64,000 bases of DNA from Myxococcota bacterium (GTDB lineage Bacteria; Myxococcota_A; UBA9160; UBA6930), in assembly GCA_965223705.1 (NCBI GenBank), contig OZ245015.1, positions 3,904,001-3,968,000 of the forward strand, in the 5' to 3' direction. A model generated the notes under the pieces. That model was given only the letters and a program-made list of their open reading frames with translations. It did not search any database and had not been told where the DNA came from. Of the stretch, positions 9,360 to 19,716 are shown piece by piece (position 1 is the stretch's first letter; the number at the start of each line of letters is the position of its first letter). Position numbers and translations under genes: made by a program.

Positions 9360-10541
9360 ATGAGCGGCTACACCATCATCGATGTCGATACCCACGTTAC
9401 GGAGACGCCGGATCTTTGGACCAGCCGCGTCCCCGAGCGCATGAAAGACAGCGTTCCGAAAGTCATCACGGACGCGAAGGGGCGCCAGATATGGGTCCTG
9501 GGTGACAAGACCATCGGCAGCCCGGGAATCTCGTCCACCGCCGGTGTCGGTGACATGTTGAACCCGCCGGCGACTCTCGAGGAGGCGCACCCCGGTTCCC
9601 ACGACGCCAAGGAACGTCTCAAGTACATGGATCAGATGGGCATCTGGGCCATGGTGATGTACCCGAATGTCGGGGGATTCGGGAACCAATCCTTCCTGCG
9701 CATGAAAGACCCCGAGCTCATGCTGACCTGTGTGCAGGCCTACAACGACTGGCAGACCGAATGGGCCTCGGCCGATTCGCGCAGACTCCTGCCGACGATC
9801 TCCACGCCATTCTGGGATGTCGAAGAGTCCGTGAAAGAAGTGCAGCGCTGCGCGGAGATGGGGCACAAAGGCATCCTGTTCACCGGCGCTCCGGAGTCCT
9901 TCGGACAGCCGGTCCTCGGCGATCGCCACTGGGATCCGCTTTGGCAGGCCGCCGTCGATCTCGATCTTCCGGTGAGCTTTCACATCGGTTCCGGCGACTT
10001 CGAGATCGGGCTTCGCAAGGACAAGATCAAGACCTACGGCCGAATGGCGGCGTTCGCCGCGCTGTCCGTGGATATCTTCCTCACGAACGGCATGCAGCTC
10101 GCCGACTTGCTCGTCTCCGGTGTCCTCGCGCGCTTCCCCGACATCAAATTCGTGTCCGTCGAGAGCGGAATCGGCTGGGTGCCGTTTGCTCTGGAAGCAC
10201 TCGATTACCAGTTTCTCGGCAACCGCGTTCCCGAGCAGCGCGCAGATCTCGACATGCTGCCGTCGGAGTATTTCGCCCGAAACGTCTACGCCTGTTATTG
10301 GTTCGAGCAGATCGCCCCGCGCCGCTTGATCGACAAGGTCGGCGTCGACAACATCCTTTTCGAAACGGACTTCCCGCACCCGACCTCTCTGTTCGGCGAC
10401 GAGGTACACGAGCGCATTCAGACCGGGCTCGACGATTGCCCGGCCGACGTCCGGAAGAAGATCCTCTGGGACAACGCGGAGAAGCTCTACAAAGTCGAAG
10501 GACCGAACGCGGAAGACGAGGCGCGCCAGGCGGCGGCCTAG
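9360..10541 (+). CDS. Amidohydrolase_2-family metallohydrolase
   Basis: IDVDTH, FHIGSG, ESGIGW and FETDFPH motifs. Confidence 0.88.
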   Translation: MSGYTIIDVDTHVTETPDLWTSRVPERMKDSVPKVITDAKGRQIWVLGDKTIGSPGISSTAGVGDMLNPPATLEEAHPGSHDAKERLKYMDQMGIWAMVMYPNVGGFGNQSFLRMKDPELMLTCVQAYNDWQTEWASADSRRLLPTISTPFWDVEESVKEVQRCAEMGHKGILFTGAPESFGQPVLGDRHWDPLWQAAVDLDLPVSFHIGSGDFEIGLRKDKIKTYGRMAAFAALSVDIFLTNGMQLADLLVSGVLARFPDIKFVSVESGIGWVPFALEALDYQFLGNRVPEQRADLDMLPSEYFARNVYACYWFEQIAPRRLIDKVGVDNILFETDFPHPTSLFGDEVHERIQTGLDDCPADVRKKILWDNAEKLYKVEGPNAEDEARQAAA

Positions 10542-10557
10542 GACGGACTGCGTGGAT

Positions 10558-10576
10558 CGAGGCCGGGCCGGCCTCG
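10558..10576. terminator. GC-rich hairpin between convergent genes (possible terminator)
   Basis: CGAGGCCG-ggc-CGGCCTCG 8-bp stem; no U-tract. Confidence 0.3.
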
Positions 10577-10621
10577 CGATACCCAGCTTGTTCGCGCGGC
10601 GTCCGGTCGCGCTACAGGCGG

Positions 10622-12640
10622 TTAGCGAAGGTGTTCGCGGACTCGCTCGGCAATCGCCTTTGGCGTAAAGCCGAAGTGATCGGTCAAATCGGCGTAAGGG
10701 GCTGAAGCACCGAAGCGGTCGATCCCGCAGATCAAGCCGTCGCGGCCGGCGTAGGGACGGAACGCTTCGCCTCGTCCGGCTTCGACGGCGACCACGGGAA
10801 CGCCTTCGGGAAAGAGCGAGACGCGGAAGGCTTCGTCTTGAGCCGCGAGCCGCTCGAGCGACGGCGCCGAGATCACGCGAGCCGAAATTCCGCCGTCGCG
10901 AAGTTCGCTTGCCGCGCCCACGATCGTCGGCACCTCCGAACCCGACGCGACGAGCACGACGTCGGGCGTCCCGGGCGAATCCTCGAGGACATAGGCGCCG
11001 CGCAACACGTCGGCGTTCTGGAAACTACTCGGCCGCTTCGGTGCAGTGACTTTTTGTCTCGTCAGGGCGAGAACCACCGGACCGCGGGCTTCTCGAAGTG
11101 CCCAGGCCCACGCCATCGCCGTCTCGATCCCGTCGACGGGGCGGAACAACGTGAGTCCCGGAATCGCGCGCAACGCGTCCAGGTGCTCGATCGGCTGGTG
11201 GGTTGGACCGTCTTCACCGAGGAAGATCGAATCGTGCGTGAAGACAAAGACCGTCGGCACCTTCATCAGCGCGCCGAGCCGGATCGCGGGCCTGACGTAG
11301 TCGCTGAAGACCAGGAAGGTCCCACCGTAACCGCGGAACGTTCCGTCGAGCCCGATGCCGTTCAGGATCGCTCCCATCGCGTGCTCGCGAACACCGAAGT
11401 GAAGATTGCGGCCCGCGAAGGGGTCGTCGCCGCCAGCGGCCGGTCCCACATCACCCGCACTCTTGAGTGTCGTGTTGTTCGAACCCGCGAGATCCGCGGA
11501 GCCGCCCACCAGGAACGGCGCGTGTTCTGCGAGCTTTTGGAGGACCGCGCCGGAGTGTTTGCGCGTCGCATCGTCGACGCCCTCGAGGCCGTCGCACAGG
11601 AGGTCGCCGAGGTTCTCGGGGACTTTCTGTGCGCGCGCGGCGTCCCACTGACTCGCGGCGTCGGGATCGGCGGCGCGCCAACGCTCGAGTTGCGCGTCGC
11701 GCGCGCCGCGATCCGCACGCTTCGCCTTGACGATTTCCGCGAGGGCGCCGCGAACGTCATCCGGCACGAAAAACGTCGGTTCCGCGGGCCAGCCCAGGGC
11801 TTCCTTCGTGAGGCGCGCCTCTTCTTCCCCGAGCGCCTCGCCGTGCGCTTTCGATTTGCCGGCGCGATTGGGGCTGCCAAAACCGATCGTGGTTCGGGCG
11901 ACGATGATCGACGGGCGCTCCGTCTCGCCGCGCGCCACCTCGAGCGCGCGCGAGAGCGCGTCGATGTCGTGGCCGTCGACGGACTGCACGTGCCAGCGCT
12001 GCGCCTCGAACCGCTTCGGGACGTCTTCGGCGAAGGAAATATCCGTCGCGCCGTCGATCGTGATCTTGTTGTCGTCGTAGAGGTAGATGAGGTTGCCGAG
12101 CCCGAGGAGCCCGGCGACCGAAGCCGTTTCGTACGAGATCCCCTCCATGAGATCGCCGTCCGAAACAATGCCGTACACGAAATGATCGCCGGGCCCGCCG
12201 GCTTCCCGTCCGAAGCGCGACCGCGTGAGTCGACCCGCGAGCGCCATCCCGACACCGTGCCCAAAGCCCTGCCCGAGCGGCCCCGTCGTGACTTCGACGC
12301 CCGGCGTATCGCCGTGCTCGGGATGGCCCGGCGTCTTCGAGCCGAGTTGTCGGAAGTCGCGAAGATCGTCGAGCGTGACGTCGTACTCGAAGAGGTGCAG
12401 CAGTCCGTAGAGCAGCATCGACGCGTGCCCGGCGGAAAGAACGAACCGATCGCGCAACGGCCACTCGGGATCGCTCGGGTCGAAGCGCAGATGATTCGCC
12501 CACAACTCGAAAGCGGGTCGCGCGAGACCCATCGGCGCGCCGGGGTGTCCACAACCCGCGCGTTCGACGGCGTCGATCGCGAGGGTGCGGAGCGTGTTTT
12601 CGATCTTTTCACGAAGAGCGAGGGGAAATTCACTGGACAT
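10622..12640 (-). CDS. tkt: Transketolase
   Basis: GHPGAPMG, DRFVLSAGH, TTGPLGQG, SDGDLMEG and THDSIFLGEDGPTHQP motifs. Confidence 0.96.
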   Translation of the reverse strand: MSSEFPLALREKIENTLRTLAIDAVERAGCGHPGAPMGLARPAFELWANHLRFDPSDPEWPLRDRFVLSAGHASMLLYGLLHLFEYDVTLDDLRDFRQLGSKTPGHPEHGDTPGVEVTTGPLGQGFGHGVGMALAGRLTRSRFGREAGGPGDHFVYGIVSDGDLMEGISYETASVAGLLGLGNLIYLYDDNKITIDGATDISFAEDVPKRFEAQRWHVQSVDGHDIDALSRALEVARGETERPSIIVARTTIGFGSPNRAGKSKAHGEALGEEEARLTKEALGWPAEPTFFVPDDVRGALAEIVKAKRADRGARDAQLERWRAADPDAASQWDAARAQKVPENLGDLLCDGLEGVDDATRKHSGAVLQKLAEHAPFLVGGSADLAGSNNTTLKSAGDVGPAAGGDDPFAGRNLHFGVREHAMGAILNGIGLDGTFRGYGGTFLVFSDYVRPAIRLGALMKVPTVFVFTHDSIFLGEDGPTHQPIEHLDALRAIPGLTLFRPVDGIETAMAWAWALREARGPVVLALTRQKVTAPKRPSSFQNADVLRGAYVLEDSPGTPDVVLVASGSEVPTIVGAASELRDGGISARVISAPSLERLAAQDEAFRVSLFPEGVPVVAVEAGRGEAFRPYAGRDGLICGIDRFGASAPYADLTDHFGFTPKAIAERVREHLR

Positions 12641-12699
12641 CGGCGGCAAAGTAGCGCGTCGACGTGCCGGCGCTTAGAACGCGGTTCTGAAGTGCTTGT

Positions 12700-12775
12700 T
12701 GGTCGGGGTGGTGGGATTCGAACCCACGACGCTGACCACCCAAAGGTCAGGCTCTAGCCACTGAGCTACACCCCG
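12700..12775 (-). tRNA. tRNA-Pro (anticodon TGG), CCA encoded
   Basis: 76-nt cloverleaf: acceptor CGGGGTG/CACCCCG, anticodon arm TGACC-TTTGGGT-GGTCA, T-arm GTGGG-TTCGAAT-CCCAC, 3' ACCA. Confidence 0.95.
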
Positions 12776-12819
12776 TCCGCGCGAAATTACCACGTCCAGG
12801 GGGACGCCGGCGTGGTCGA

Positions 12820-13485
12820 CTACGCGAGCAGGACCGGCTGCAGGACCTTGTCTTCGAGCCAGCCAATGAGATCGCGGAGCGCTTCGGGACGGATCTCGTG
12901 CTGCATTTCATATTCCCGATACGCCGGCGCAACACCGAGAGCGATCAGTCGGTCGCGCGATTCCTGACCGAGTGTGACGGGCAGTAACGGGTCCTCGGTG
13001 CCGTGTGCGACGAACACCGGGAGGGTCGCGTGGGCGGTCGTTCCCGAAAAATCTGCACACAGCGCTTCGGGCAGCCACGACGACAGGGCGATGAGCCCAG
13101 CGAAACGGTCCGGATCGCGGAGGGCCAGGTCGTAGGCGAGCACCCCGCCCTGGCTGAATCCCAGTACAGCGGTTTTCCGGCGGTCGACGGGGTAGCACTC
13201 CGAGGCCGCTTCCAAGAAATCCGTCACGAGCCCGCTCGCGCGGCGGACGGCGTCGAGAGAGACTTCGCGATCCTCGCTCAGCGGGAACCAACCGCTGCCC
13301 TCAATGCCTTCCGCGATCGGGACGCGGAGAGGCCCCTGGGGGCAAAGCACGACGGCCTGCCCTCCGTGGATGATGGGTGCCAAACCCAGCAGGTCGTGGG
13401 CGCTAGCGCCCCAACCGTGCAGTGCCAGGATGGTGGGGAAAGGGCCGTCGCCGGCGGGTACGTGCGCTGTGTGAAGGAGTTCCAT
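12820..13485 (-). CDS. Phospholipase/carboxylesterase (alpha/beta hydrolase)
   Basis: LHGWG, GFSQGG, HGTEDP and terminal His motifs. Confidence 0.88.
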   Translation of the reverse strand: MELLHTAHVPAGDGPFPTILALHGWGASAHDLLGLAPIIHGGQAVVLCPQGPLRVPIAEGIEGSGWFPLSEDREVSLDAVRRASGLVTDFLEAASECYPVDRRKTAVLGFSQGGVLAYDLALRDPDRFAGLIALSSWLPEALCADFSGTTAHATLPVFVAHGTEDPLLPVTLGQESRDRLIALGVAPAYREYEMQHEIRPEALRDLIGWLEDKVLQPVLLA

Positions 13486-13529
13486 GGCCGGAGCATACAG
13501 GCCGGCGGCTCTGCTACACCTGCTAGTCC

Positions 13530-14933
13530 ATGGCCGGCCGCAACCTCTACGACAAAGTCTGGGACGCGCACACTGTGCGCGAGCTTCCCAATGGACAAAC
13601 GCAGCTCTTTATCGGGCTCCATCTGATCCACGAGGTGACCTCACCTCAGGCGTTCCAGATGCTCGCGGAAATGGGCCTCAAAGTGAAGTTCCCCGATCGC
13701 ACGTTTGCGACGGTCGACCACATTATTCCCACCGACAACCAAGCGCGGCCGTTCGGCGATCCCATTGCCGAAGAGATGATGGAGCACCTCGAGCGGAATT
13801 GTCGCGACAACGGCATCACGCTCTTCGACACCGCGAGCGGGCATCAGGGCATCGTCCACGTCATCGGTCCTGAGTTGGGCCTCACTCAACCGGCGATGAC
13901 GGTGGCTTGCGGCGACAGCCACACCTCGAGCCACGGGGCGTACGGCGCGATCGCGTTCGGGATCGGAACCAGCCAGGTGCGCGATGTTCTCGCAACTCAG
14001 ACGCTCGCGATGGGGCGTCTCAAGGTTCGACGCATCGACGTCACCGGCAAGCTCGGCGGTGGCGTATACGCCAAAGACGTAACGCTCGACATCATTCGAC
14101 GCACGGGTGCGAAGGGCGGCGTCGGGTACGCGTACGAATACGCCGGCCCGGTCCTCGAAGCGATGTCCATGGAAGAGCGGCTCACCGTCTGCAACATGTC
14201 GATCGAAGGCGGCGCGCGGGTCGGCTACGTGAGCCCCGACGACGTCACGTTCGAAGACCTCAGGGGGCGTCCTCGGGCTCCCAAGGGAGAAGCCTTCGAC
14301 CGCGCGGTGCGCTGGTGGCAGAGCATGGCGAGCGATCGCGACGCGCACTACGACGACCGCATGGAGATCGAAGGCGAAACCATCGAGCCCACCGTGACCT
14401 GGGGCATCAACCCGGGACAAGCCGTCGGCGTGAATCAGCCCATTGCGCGCGCCGACAGCCTTCCCGAGGACGAACGCCCCGGTCATGAAGAAGCGCTGTC
14501 GTTCATGGAAATGCGGGCCGGCGAGCCCGTCGTCGGCAAGAAGATCGACGTCGCGTTCATCGGTTCCTGCACGAACAGTCGGATCAGCGATCTGCGCGAA
14601 GCCGCGCGCGTCGCCAAAACGGGGCGCGTGGCGCCGCATGTCCGCGCTCTCGTCGTACCTGGCTCGCAGGCGGTTCAGCGCGAGGCCGAGGCCGAAGGGC
14701 TCCACGAGGTGTTCCGCGCCGCGGGCTTCGACTGGCGTGAGCCCGGCTGCTCGATGTGCCTCGCCATGAACGCCGACAAGCTCCAGGGCCGCGAGCTCTG
14801 CGCTTCCTCGAGCAATCGCAACTTCAAGGGCCGTCAGGGTTCCCCCACCGGCCGAACGCTGTTGATGTCTCCCGCCATGGTGGCCGCCGCCGCCATCCGC
14901 GGCGAAGTCGTCGACGTACGAGAGGTGCTCTAG
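13530..14933 (+). CDS. leuC: 3-isopropylmalate dehydratase large subunit
   Basis: [29 protein letters not shown] and [10 protein letters not shown] motifs. Confidence 0.97.
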   Translation: MAGRNLYDKVWDAHTVRELPNGQTQLFIGLHLIHEVTSPQAFQMLAEMGLKVKFPDRTFATVDHIIPTDNQARPFGDPIAEEMMEHLERNCRDNGITLFDTASGHQGIVHVIGPELGLTQPAMTVACGDSHTSSHGAYGAIAFGIGTSQVRDVLATQTLAMGRLKVRRIDVTGKLGGGVYAKDVTLDIIRRTGAKGGVGYAYEYAGPVLEAMSMEERLTVCNMSIEGGARVGYVSPDDVTFEDLRGRPRAPKGEAFDRAVRWWQSMASDRDAHYDDRMEIEGETIEPTVTWGINPGQAVGVNQPIARADSLPEDERPGHEEALSFMEMRAGEPVVGKKIDVAFIGSCTNSRISDLREAARVAKTGRVAPHVRALVVPGSQAVQREAEAEGLHEVFRAAGFDWREPGCSMCLAMNADKLQGRELCASSSNRNFKGRQGSPTGRTLLMSPAMVAAAAIRGEVVDVREVL

Positions 14934-15535
14934 TGCCTGAGCGACGCATCGACCATGTGCGCGGGCGGGGCTGCGTGTTGCGCGGCAACGACATCGACAC
15001 CGACCGGATCATTCCGGCGCGCTACCTCATGTGCGTGACCTTTGACGGGTTGGGCGAGTTCGCCTTCGAAGACGACCGCGAGCAAGCGAAAGGCGATCAT
15101 CCCTTCGACGACGATCGTTTCGAGGGTGCGAGTATTCTGGTGGTGGAAGCGAACTTTGGCTGCGGCTCGTCGCGCGAACACGCGCCTCAAGCGTTGATGC
15201 GACGCGGGTTCAACGGGTTCATCGGCGTGTCGTTTGGCGAGATCTTCTCCGGGAACTGCACGGCGAACGGCCTGGTGTGCGCGCGCCTCTCGCCCGAAGA
15301 CGTTGCGACACTGATGGAATCCGTAAACCTCGATCCGAGCCAGGAAATCGCCATCGACGTGGAGGCGAAGACGGTGACGTCGAAGGCCGGCGTGTTCCGG
15401 GCGGAAATCCCGGAAGGCGTGCGCAACCAGCTCCTCGAGGGCACGTGGCACGCCACAGGCGTCCTCCTCGACGCCGCCGACGAGATTGCCACCACGGCCA
15501 AGGGATTGCCCTACACGAGCGACTTCGCGGGCTAG
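14933..15535 (+). CDS. leuD: 3-isopropylmalate dehydratase small subunit
   Basis: DIDTDRIIPARYL and NFGCGSSREHAP; GTG overlaps the leuC stop. Confidence 0.95.
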   Translation: MPERRIDHVRGRGCVLRGNDIDTDRIIPARYLMCVTFDGLGEFAFEDDREQAKGDHPFDDDRFEGASILVVEANFGCGSSREHAPQALMRRGFNGFIGVSFGEIFSGNCTANGLVCARLSPEDVATLMESVNLDPSQEIAIDVEAKTVTSKAGVFRAEIPEGVRNQLLEGTWHATGVLLDAADEIATTAKGLPYTSDFAG

Positions 15536-16503
15536 GTCTTGACGCCAGCCGCCCAAGAGCGGTTCGCCTCATACCAGGCGACAGCTTCGGCCACACCTTC
15601 CTCGAGCGATACCTCGGGTCGCCAACCGAGCCGCTCTCCCGCCGCTGTGATGTCCGCCCAGGTCGCGGTGACATCCGCGCGATGCATCGGTTGGTTTTCG
15701 ATATTCGCGATCCGGCCCGTCTCCTCTTCTACGAGCTCGATCAAGTGATTGATCGTCTCCGGGGCGTCGCCCCCCAGGTTGATCACGGCGAATCCCTGGG
15801 GTGCGAGCGCCGCGACCGTGCCGCGTGCGATGTCCTCGACGAAGGTAAAGTCGCGCGACTGGGAGCCATCGCCGAACACGGTCACCGGACGTCCCTCACG
15901 AATCCACTGAATGAAGCGAAACACGCTCATGTCCGGTCGGCCCGACGGACCGTAGACGGTGAAGTAGCGAACCACCGAAATATCGAGGCCGTGCACGTGG
16001 TGGTAGCTATGGCAGAGCGCCTCGGCGCCGAGCTTTGATGCCGCGTACGGCGAGAGCGGCCGACTGACGTCCGCATCTTCGCGATACGGCCGGGTATTGT
16101 GCGCACCGTAGACGCTCGACGTCGATGCCAACAGGAATTTCGGAATTTCGCAGCGCCGGCACAGATCGAGCAGCAACCGCGTTCCGGTCATGTTTGTGTC
16201 GATGTAGACCTGAGGATCGGCGACGCTCTGGCGCACGCCGGCCCGCGCCGCGAGATTGATCACCGCGTCGAACGGCCCTTCGCTTTCGAGCGCCGCGACC
16301 GCGCCCTCGTCGCTGATATCGGTCTCGTCAAAACGGAAAGCCTTGTGTTGACGAAGCTCTTCGAGTCGATGTCTTTTGAGCACGGGGTCGTAGGCGTCGT
16401 TCAGATTGTCGACACCGACGACGTCGTGCCCGGCCTCAAGTAATGCGGCCGCGACGCGGGACGCGATGAAACCGGCTGCGCCAGTGACGAGATACCGCGG
16501 CAT
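15532..16503 (-). CDS. NAD-dependent nucleotide-sugar epimerase (UDP-glucuronate 4-epimerase-like)
   Basis: TGAAGFI, LAARAGVRQS, SPYAASK and FTVYGPSGRPDM motifs. Confidence 0.88.
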   Translation of the reverse strand: MPRYLVTGAAGFIASRVAAALLEAGHDVVGVDNLNDAYDPVLKRHRLEELRQHKAFRFDETDISDEGAVAALESEGPFDAVINLAARAGVRQSVADPQVYIDTNMTGTRLLLDLCRRCEIPKFLLASTSSVYGAHNTRPYREDADVSRPLSPYAASKLGAEALCHSYHHVHGLDISVVRYFTVYGPSGRPDMSVFRFIQWIREGRPVTVFGDGSQSRDFTFVEDIARGTVAALAPQGFAVINLGGDAPETINHLIELVEEETGRIANIENQPMHRADVTATWADITAAGERLGWRPEVSLEEGVAEAVAWYEANRSWAAGVKT

Positions 16504-16509
16504 CCCGAC

Positions 16510-17289
16510 CTAGCGCCCGCTGAACTTCGCGGGGCGCTTCGCCAAAAACGCGTCCTTCCCTTCGATCCGATCTTCGGTTGAGAAAATGGTGCCGAACACC
16601 GCTTGCTCGTACGCGTTCGCGAGATGCAAGTTCGCGTCCTGGCTCTCCTGGATGAGACGCTTCCCCATCGCGACGGCAACGGGTCCTTTTTCGGCGATCT
16701 TCTCCCCCATGGCCACCGAACCCTCGAGGAGGGTTTCGGTGTCTTCGTATACGCGGTTCGCCAAGCCGATCCGCAGGGCGGTTTCGGAATCCACCGGCTC
16801 GCCAGTTACGACGAGCTCCTTCGCCCAAGCGACACCGACGCGCCGCACGAGTCGCGTATTGCCGCCGAAGCCGGGAACGAGTCCGAGATTGACCTCCGGC
16901 TGTCCAAACCGAGCCTTGCTCGACGCGTAGATCCAGTCACAGGAAAGGGCGACCTCGCACCCCCCACCGAGCGCGTAGCCGTTGACCGCCGCGATGGTCG
17001 GAATCGCGAGGGATTCGAGACCCGACAGGACCTCGTGCCCCCGTCGACTGAATGCGACGCCCTCGAGCGGCGACATCTTTCGCATCTCGCCGATGTCGGC
17101 CCCCGCCGCGAACGCGCGGCCCGCCCCCGTCAACACCAAAGCGCGAGCCGAATCGTCCGCGCGAACCTCGTCGATGCGTTTCGCGAGCGCTTCGATAATT
17201 TGCGGATTGAGCGCGTTCAGTACGTCCGGCCGGTTCAAGGTTAGGACGACGACGTCGCCGCGTTTTTCCGAGAGTACGAGTTCGCTCAC
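16510..17289 (-). CDS. Enoyl-CoA hydratase (crotonase family)
   Basis: AFAAGADI, NGYALGGGCE and FGQPEVNLGLVPGFGG motifs. Confidence 0.92.
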   Translation of the reverse strand: MSELVLSEKRGDVVVLTLNRPDVLNALNPQIIEALAKRIDEVRADDSARALVLTGAGRAFAAGADIGEMRKMSPLEGVAFSRRGHEVLSGLESLAIPTIAAVNGYALGGGCEVALSCDWIYASSKARFGQPEVNLGLVPGFGGNTRLVRRVGVAWAKELVVTGEPVDSETALRIGLANRVYEDTETLLEGSVAMGEKIAEKGPVAVAMGKRLIQESQDANLHLANAYEQAVFGTIFSTEDRIEGKDAFLAKRPAKFSGR

Positions 17290-17373
17290 CTTTTGCTCCT
17301 TCGGCTGCCATGCCCGCAGATTTCGAGCGGCGGGATGCTATCACAAGCGCGGGCTTGGTATCTTGGGAGTGCT

Positions 17374-17973
17374 GTGAAGACGGGACGAAGAAGCAGTCTG
17401 GCCGCCGCGTTCCTCGCGGGTCTCGCTTGGTTTCACATCGCCGCCGGCCCGCTGTTGGCGCACCTCGAGTGGGTCGATCCGATCTTTGGCTTCATGTGGC
17501 TCTTCTGTTTTGGGTTTCTCGAGGGTCTGGTGGCACTCGTTTCGGGCGCTATCTCGCTCTACCGCCAAACCGCCGACTCCCCGTTCCGCGGCATCGCGCG
17601 TTTCGGTTTCGGCGGCGGTTTGGCTGCGTGCATTCTCGGTTTCACTTTGGGGGCGCTCGCTCCAACTCCCTCGAGCCAACGGTCGGCGACGGCCGCTTTC
17701 GACGTGGATGCTTCCGCCGCCTACGCTGCCGCCATCGACGAAGCGTATCGCCGGTCCTTTACGATCCTCGACGAAGACGAGTTCGCACGAACGTTTACGG
17801 CCGACGCAACCACGCGAATCTTTCGCTTCGCGGATCGGATCGAGGTTCGCGCCGAGCCCGATGAGATGGGTACCGGCAGCGAACTCACCATCGAAGTCCG
17901 ATCCCGGGAAAGCCGAGGCCCCTTCTCTTCCGACGCGAAAGCGTTTTCCCGCTTTTTCGAGGCGTTGCGCTAG
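17374..17973 (+). CDS. Membrane protein with DUF1499-like C-terminal domain
   Basis: Three N-terminal hydrophobic segments, then ATTRIFRFADRIEVR...EVRSRESRG resembling DUF1499. Confidence 0.55.
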   Translation: MKTGRRSSLAAAFLAGLAWFHIAAGPLLAHLEWVDPIFGFMWLFCFGFLEGLVALVSGAISLYRQTADSPFRGIARFGFGGGLAACILGFTLGALAPTPSSQRSATAAFDVDASAAYAAAIDEAYRRSFTILDEDEFARTFTADATTRIFRFADRIEVRAEPDEMGTGSELTIEVRSRESRGPFSSDAKAFSRFFEALR

Positions 17974-18737
17974 AACGCGCTGAGGACGCGCGCCGCCATC
18001 ACGGTCGCAGCGGCCGTCCCCATCGCGTGCCCGGCTCGAAAACTTCCGTCCGCTTCCTGCACTGCGATCACCGCAGAAGCGAGCTCCTGGATCGACAACT
18101 GGGTCGCGGGGAGCGCCCGGGCCCCACAACGAAGAAAGACGCGAGCGGTAAACACGGGCGACGCGCGTCGCGAACGGTACGCGCGCTCGAGTTCGCGCCC
18201 GCACCATTGCAAGGCGGCGTCGGCCAGTTCGCCGGGGTAGTTCGTCAACCAGTGAAAATACGCATCGATATCCGCGAGCGACCCCTCTCGAACGCGCGCC
18301 TCGGACCACTGTTCATCGAGGAATGCACTCACGCGACGGAGCGAGCGGTGCGATGTGAACGGCGACTTCGCCAAGAGCCCTGCTGCGAGGCCCGTCTGCA
18401 CAAGCCGCTCTTCGCACTGGCCCGCGATCCCGAAAGACCCGTCTTCGTTTTGCTGACCGGTCACGTAACGAACCGTCAACTCGCCGGCCGCCGAATCGAG
18501 GAACCCAAGCCCGTCGAGGAGCTCCAAGACCGATAGCGTCGCCGCAAAGGGTGTCTCGTCAGAATCGAGGCCTTCGGCAAAACATCCTGTGGAATCCTGC
18601 CGATCCGACAAAGCCGCAAGCCACGCCTGCGCGCGCCCGCGATCGCCCAATGCTTTCACGTAGTCGGCGATCCACGGGGCTGCGCTCGCGCGAAGGAACG
18701 CTTCTGCGGAATCGATGGCAGCGAGTCGTTCGTCCAC
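17970..18737 (-). CDS. Hypothetical protein with prenyltransferase/squalene-cyclase-like repeats
   Basis: Repeated QxxDGxF motifs (QDSTGCF, QNEDGSFG, QEADGSF). Confidence 0.55.
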   Translation of the reverse strand: MDERLAAIDSAEAFLRASAAPWIADYVKALGDRGRAQAWLAALSDRQDSTGCFAEGLDSDETPFAATLSVLELLDGLGFLDSAAGELTVRYVTGQQNEDGSFGIAGQCEERLVQTGLAAGLLAKSPFTSHRSLRRVSAFLDEQWSEARVREGSLADIDAYFHWLTNYPGELADAALQWCGRELERAYRSRRASPVFTARVFLRCGARALPATQLSIQELASAVIAVQEADGSFRAGHAMGTAAATVMAARVLSAF

Positions 18738-18846
18738 CCCCGCTACCTTGCGCTATCTCGCGTGTCGCGTAAACCGGCAGAGGTCGCCTCGGCTAAACTG
18801 CCGCGGTGGAACGACTGGACGCGACGCGACGGAGTGCGCGCTACTG

Positions 18847-19548
18847 ATGGGAGAGCTCGGCGAAGCGTTCCGAGTCGCGTGGTCCCTCCTCGCGACGGGC
18901 GACCCCGAGCTCGTCGAGATCGTCCTTCTCTCGCTGCGTGTGAGTGCGGCGGCGCTTGTCGTCGCTTCCGCCATCGCCTTGCCCATCGGAGCCCTGCTCG
19001 GCGCGACTCGCTTCGCCGGACGACGCGCTTGCATCATTGTCCTGAACGCCTTGCTCGGTCTCCCCCCTGTTGTCGTCGGTTTGCTCGTCTACCTCGTCGT
19101 TTCCCGCTCGGGGCCGCTGGGCTCCCTCGGGCTTCTATTCACACCCACGGCCATGGTGATCGCACAGGTCGTACTCGTCACTCCCGTCATCGCCGCCGTC
19201 AGCCGTCAGACCATCGAAGATCTTTTTGAGGAGTACGAAGAACAACTGCAGTCGCTGTGCGTCGGTCCCGTCCGGAGGATCGGCACGCTGCTCTTCGAAG
19301 CGCGCTTCCGATTGATCACCGCACTTCTCGCCGGCTTGGGACGCGCGGTGTCCGAGGTGGGCGCGGTAATGATCGTCGGAGGAAACATCGCGCACTTGAC
19401 GCGCGTGATGACGACGGCCATTGCCCTCGAAACGAGCCGCGGCGACCTCGCCATGGCGTTGGCCCTCGGCGTGATTCTGATCCTGATCTCCGTGGGACTG
19501 AACGCCTCGGCCCAGGGCATCCAAATGGCGGTGCAGCGTGCCGACTGA
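18847..19548 (+). CDS. tupB: Tungstate ABC transporter permease
   Basis: GLPPVVVGL, SRSGPLG, SEVGAVMIVGGNI and TRVMTTAIALETSRG motifs. Confidence 0.88.
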   Translation: MGELGEAFRVAWSLLATGDPELVEIVLLSLRVSAAALVVASAIALPIGALLGATRFAGRRACIIVLNALLGLPPVVVGLLVYLVVSRSGPLGSLGLLFTPTAMVIAQVVLVTPVIAAVSRQTIEDLFEEYEEQLQSLCVGPVRRIGTLLFEARFRLITALLAGLGRAVSEVGAVMIVGGNIAHLTRVMTTAIALETSRGDLAMALALGVILILISVGLNASAQGIQMAVQRAD

Positions 19549-19716
19549 ACGGATCCCGCCGCTCGAACCCGACGTGCCGACTGAACGGATCCCGCCGCTC
19601 GAACCCGACGTGCCGACTGAACGGATCCCGCCGCTCGAACCCGACGTGCCGACTGAACGGATCCCGCCGCTCGAACCCGACGTGCCGAACGAGCGGATTC
19701 TCCCACTCGAGCTGCA
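19537..19716 (+). repeat. Tandem repeat: 4 identical 36-bp units (cgtgccgactgaacggatcccgccgctcgaacccga) plus 1 degenerate unit
   Basis: Exact copies at 19537, 19573, 19609 and 19645; degenerate copy at 19681; encodes (VPTERIPPLEPD)n in the tupC frame. Confidence 0.97.

Noticed and set aside
10838..12757. 639-aa plus-strand ORF
   Set aside because: Antisense to tkt and runs into the tRNA; no motifs.
12700..12775. tRNA-Pro as an integration site for an island
   Set aside because: It is flanked by core genes, with no integrase and no duplicated tRNA 3' end seen.
19537..19716. 36-bp repeats as a CRISPR array or tRNA-derived att sites
   Set aside because: The units are contiguous with no spacers, in frame within tupC, and no cas genes are present. 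The ctcgaaccc similarity to a T-loop is too short to be meaningful.
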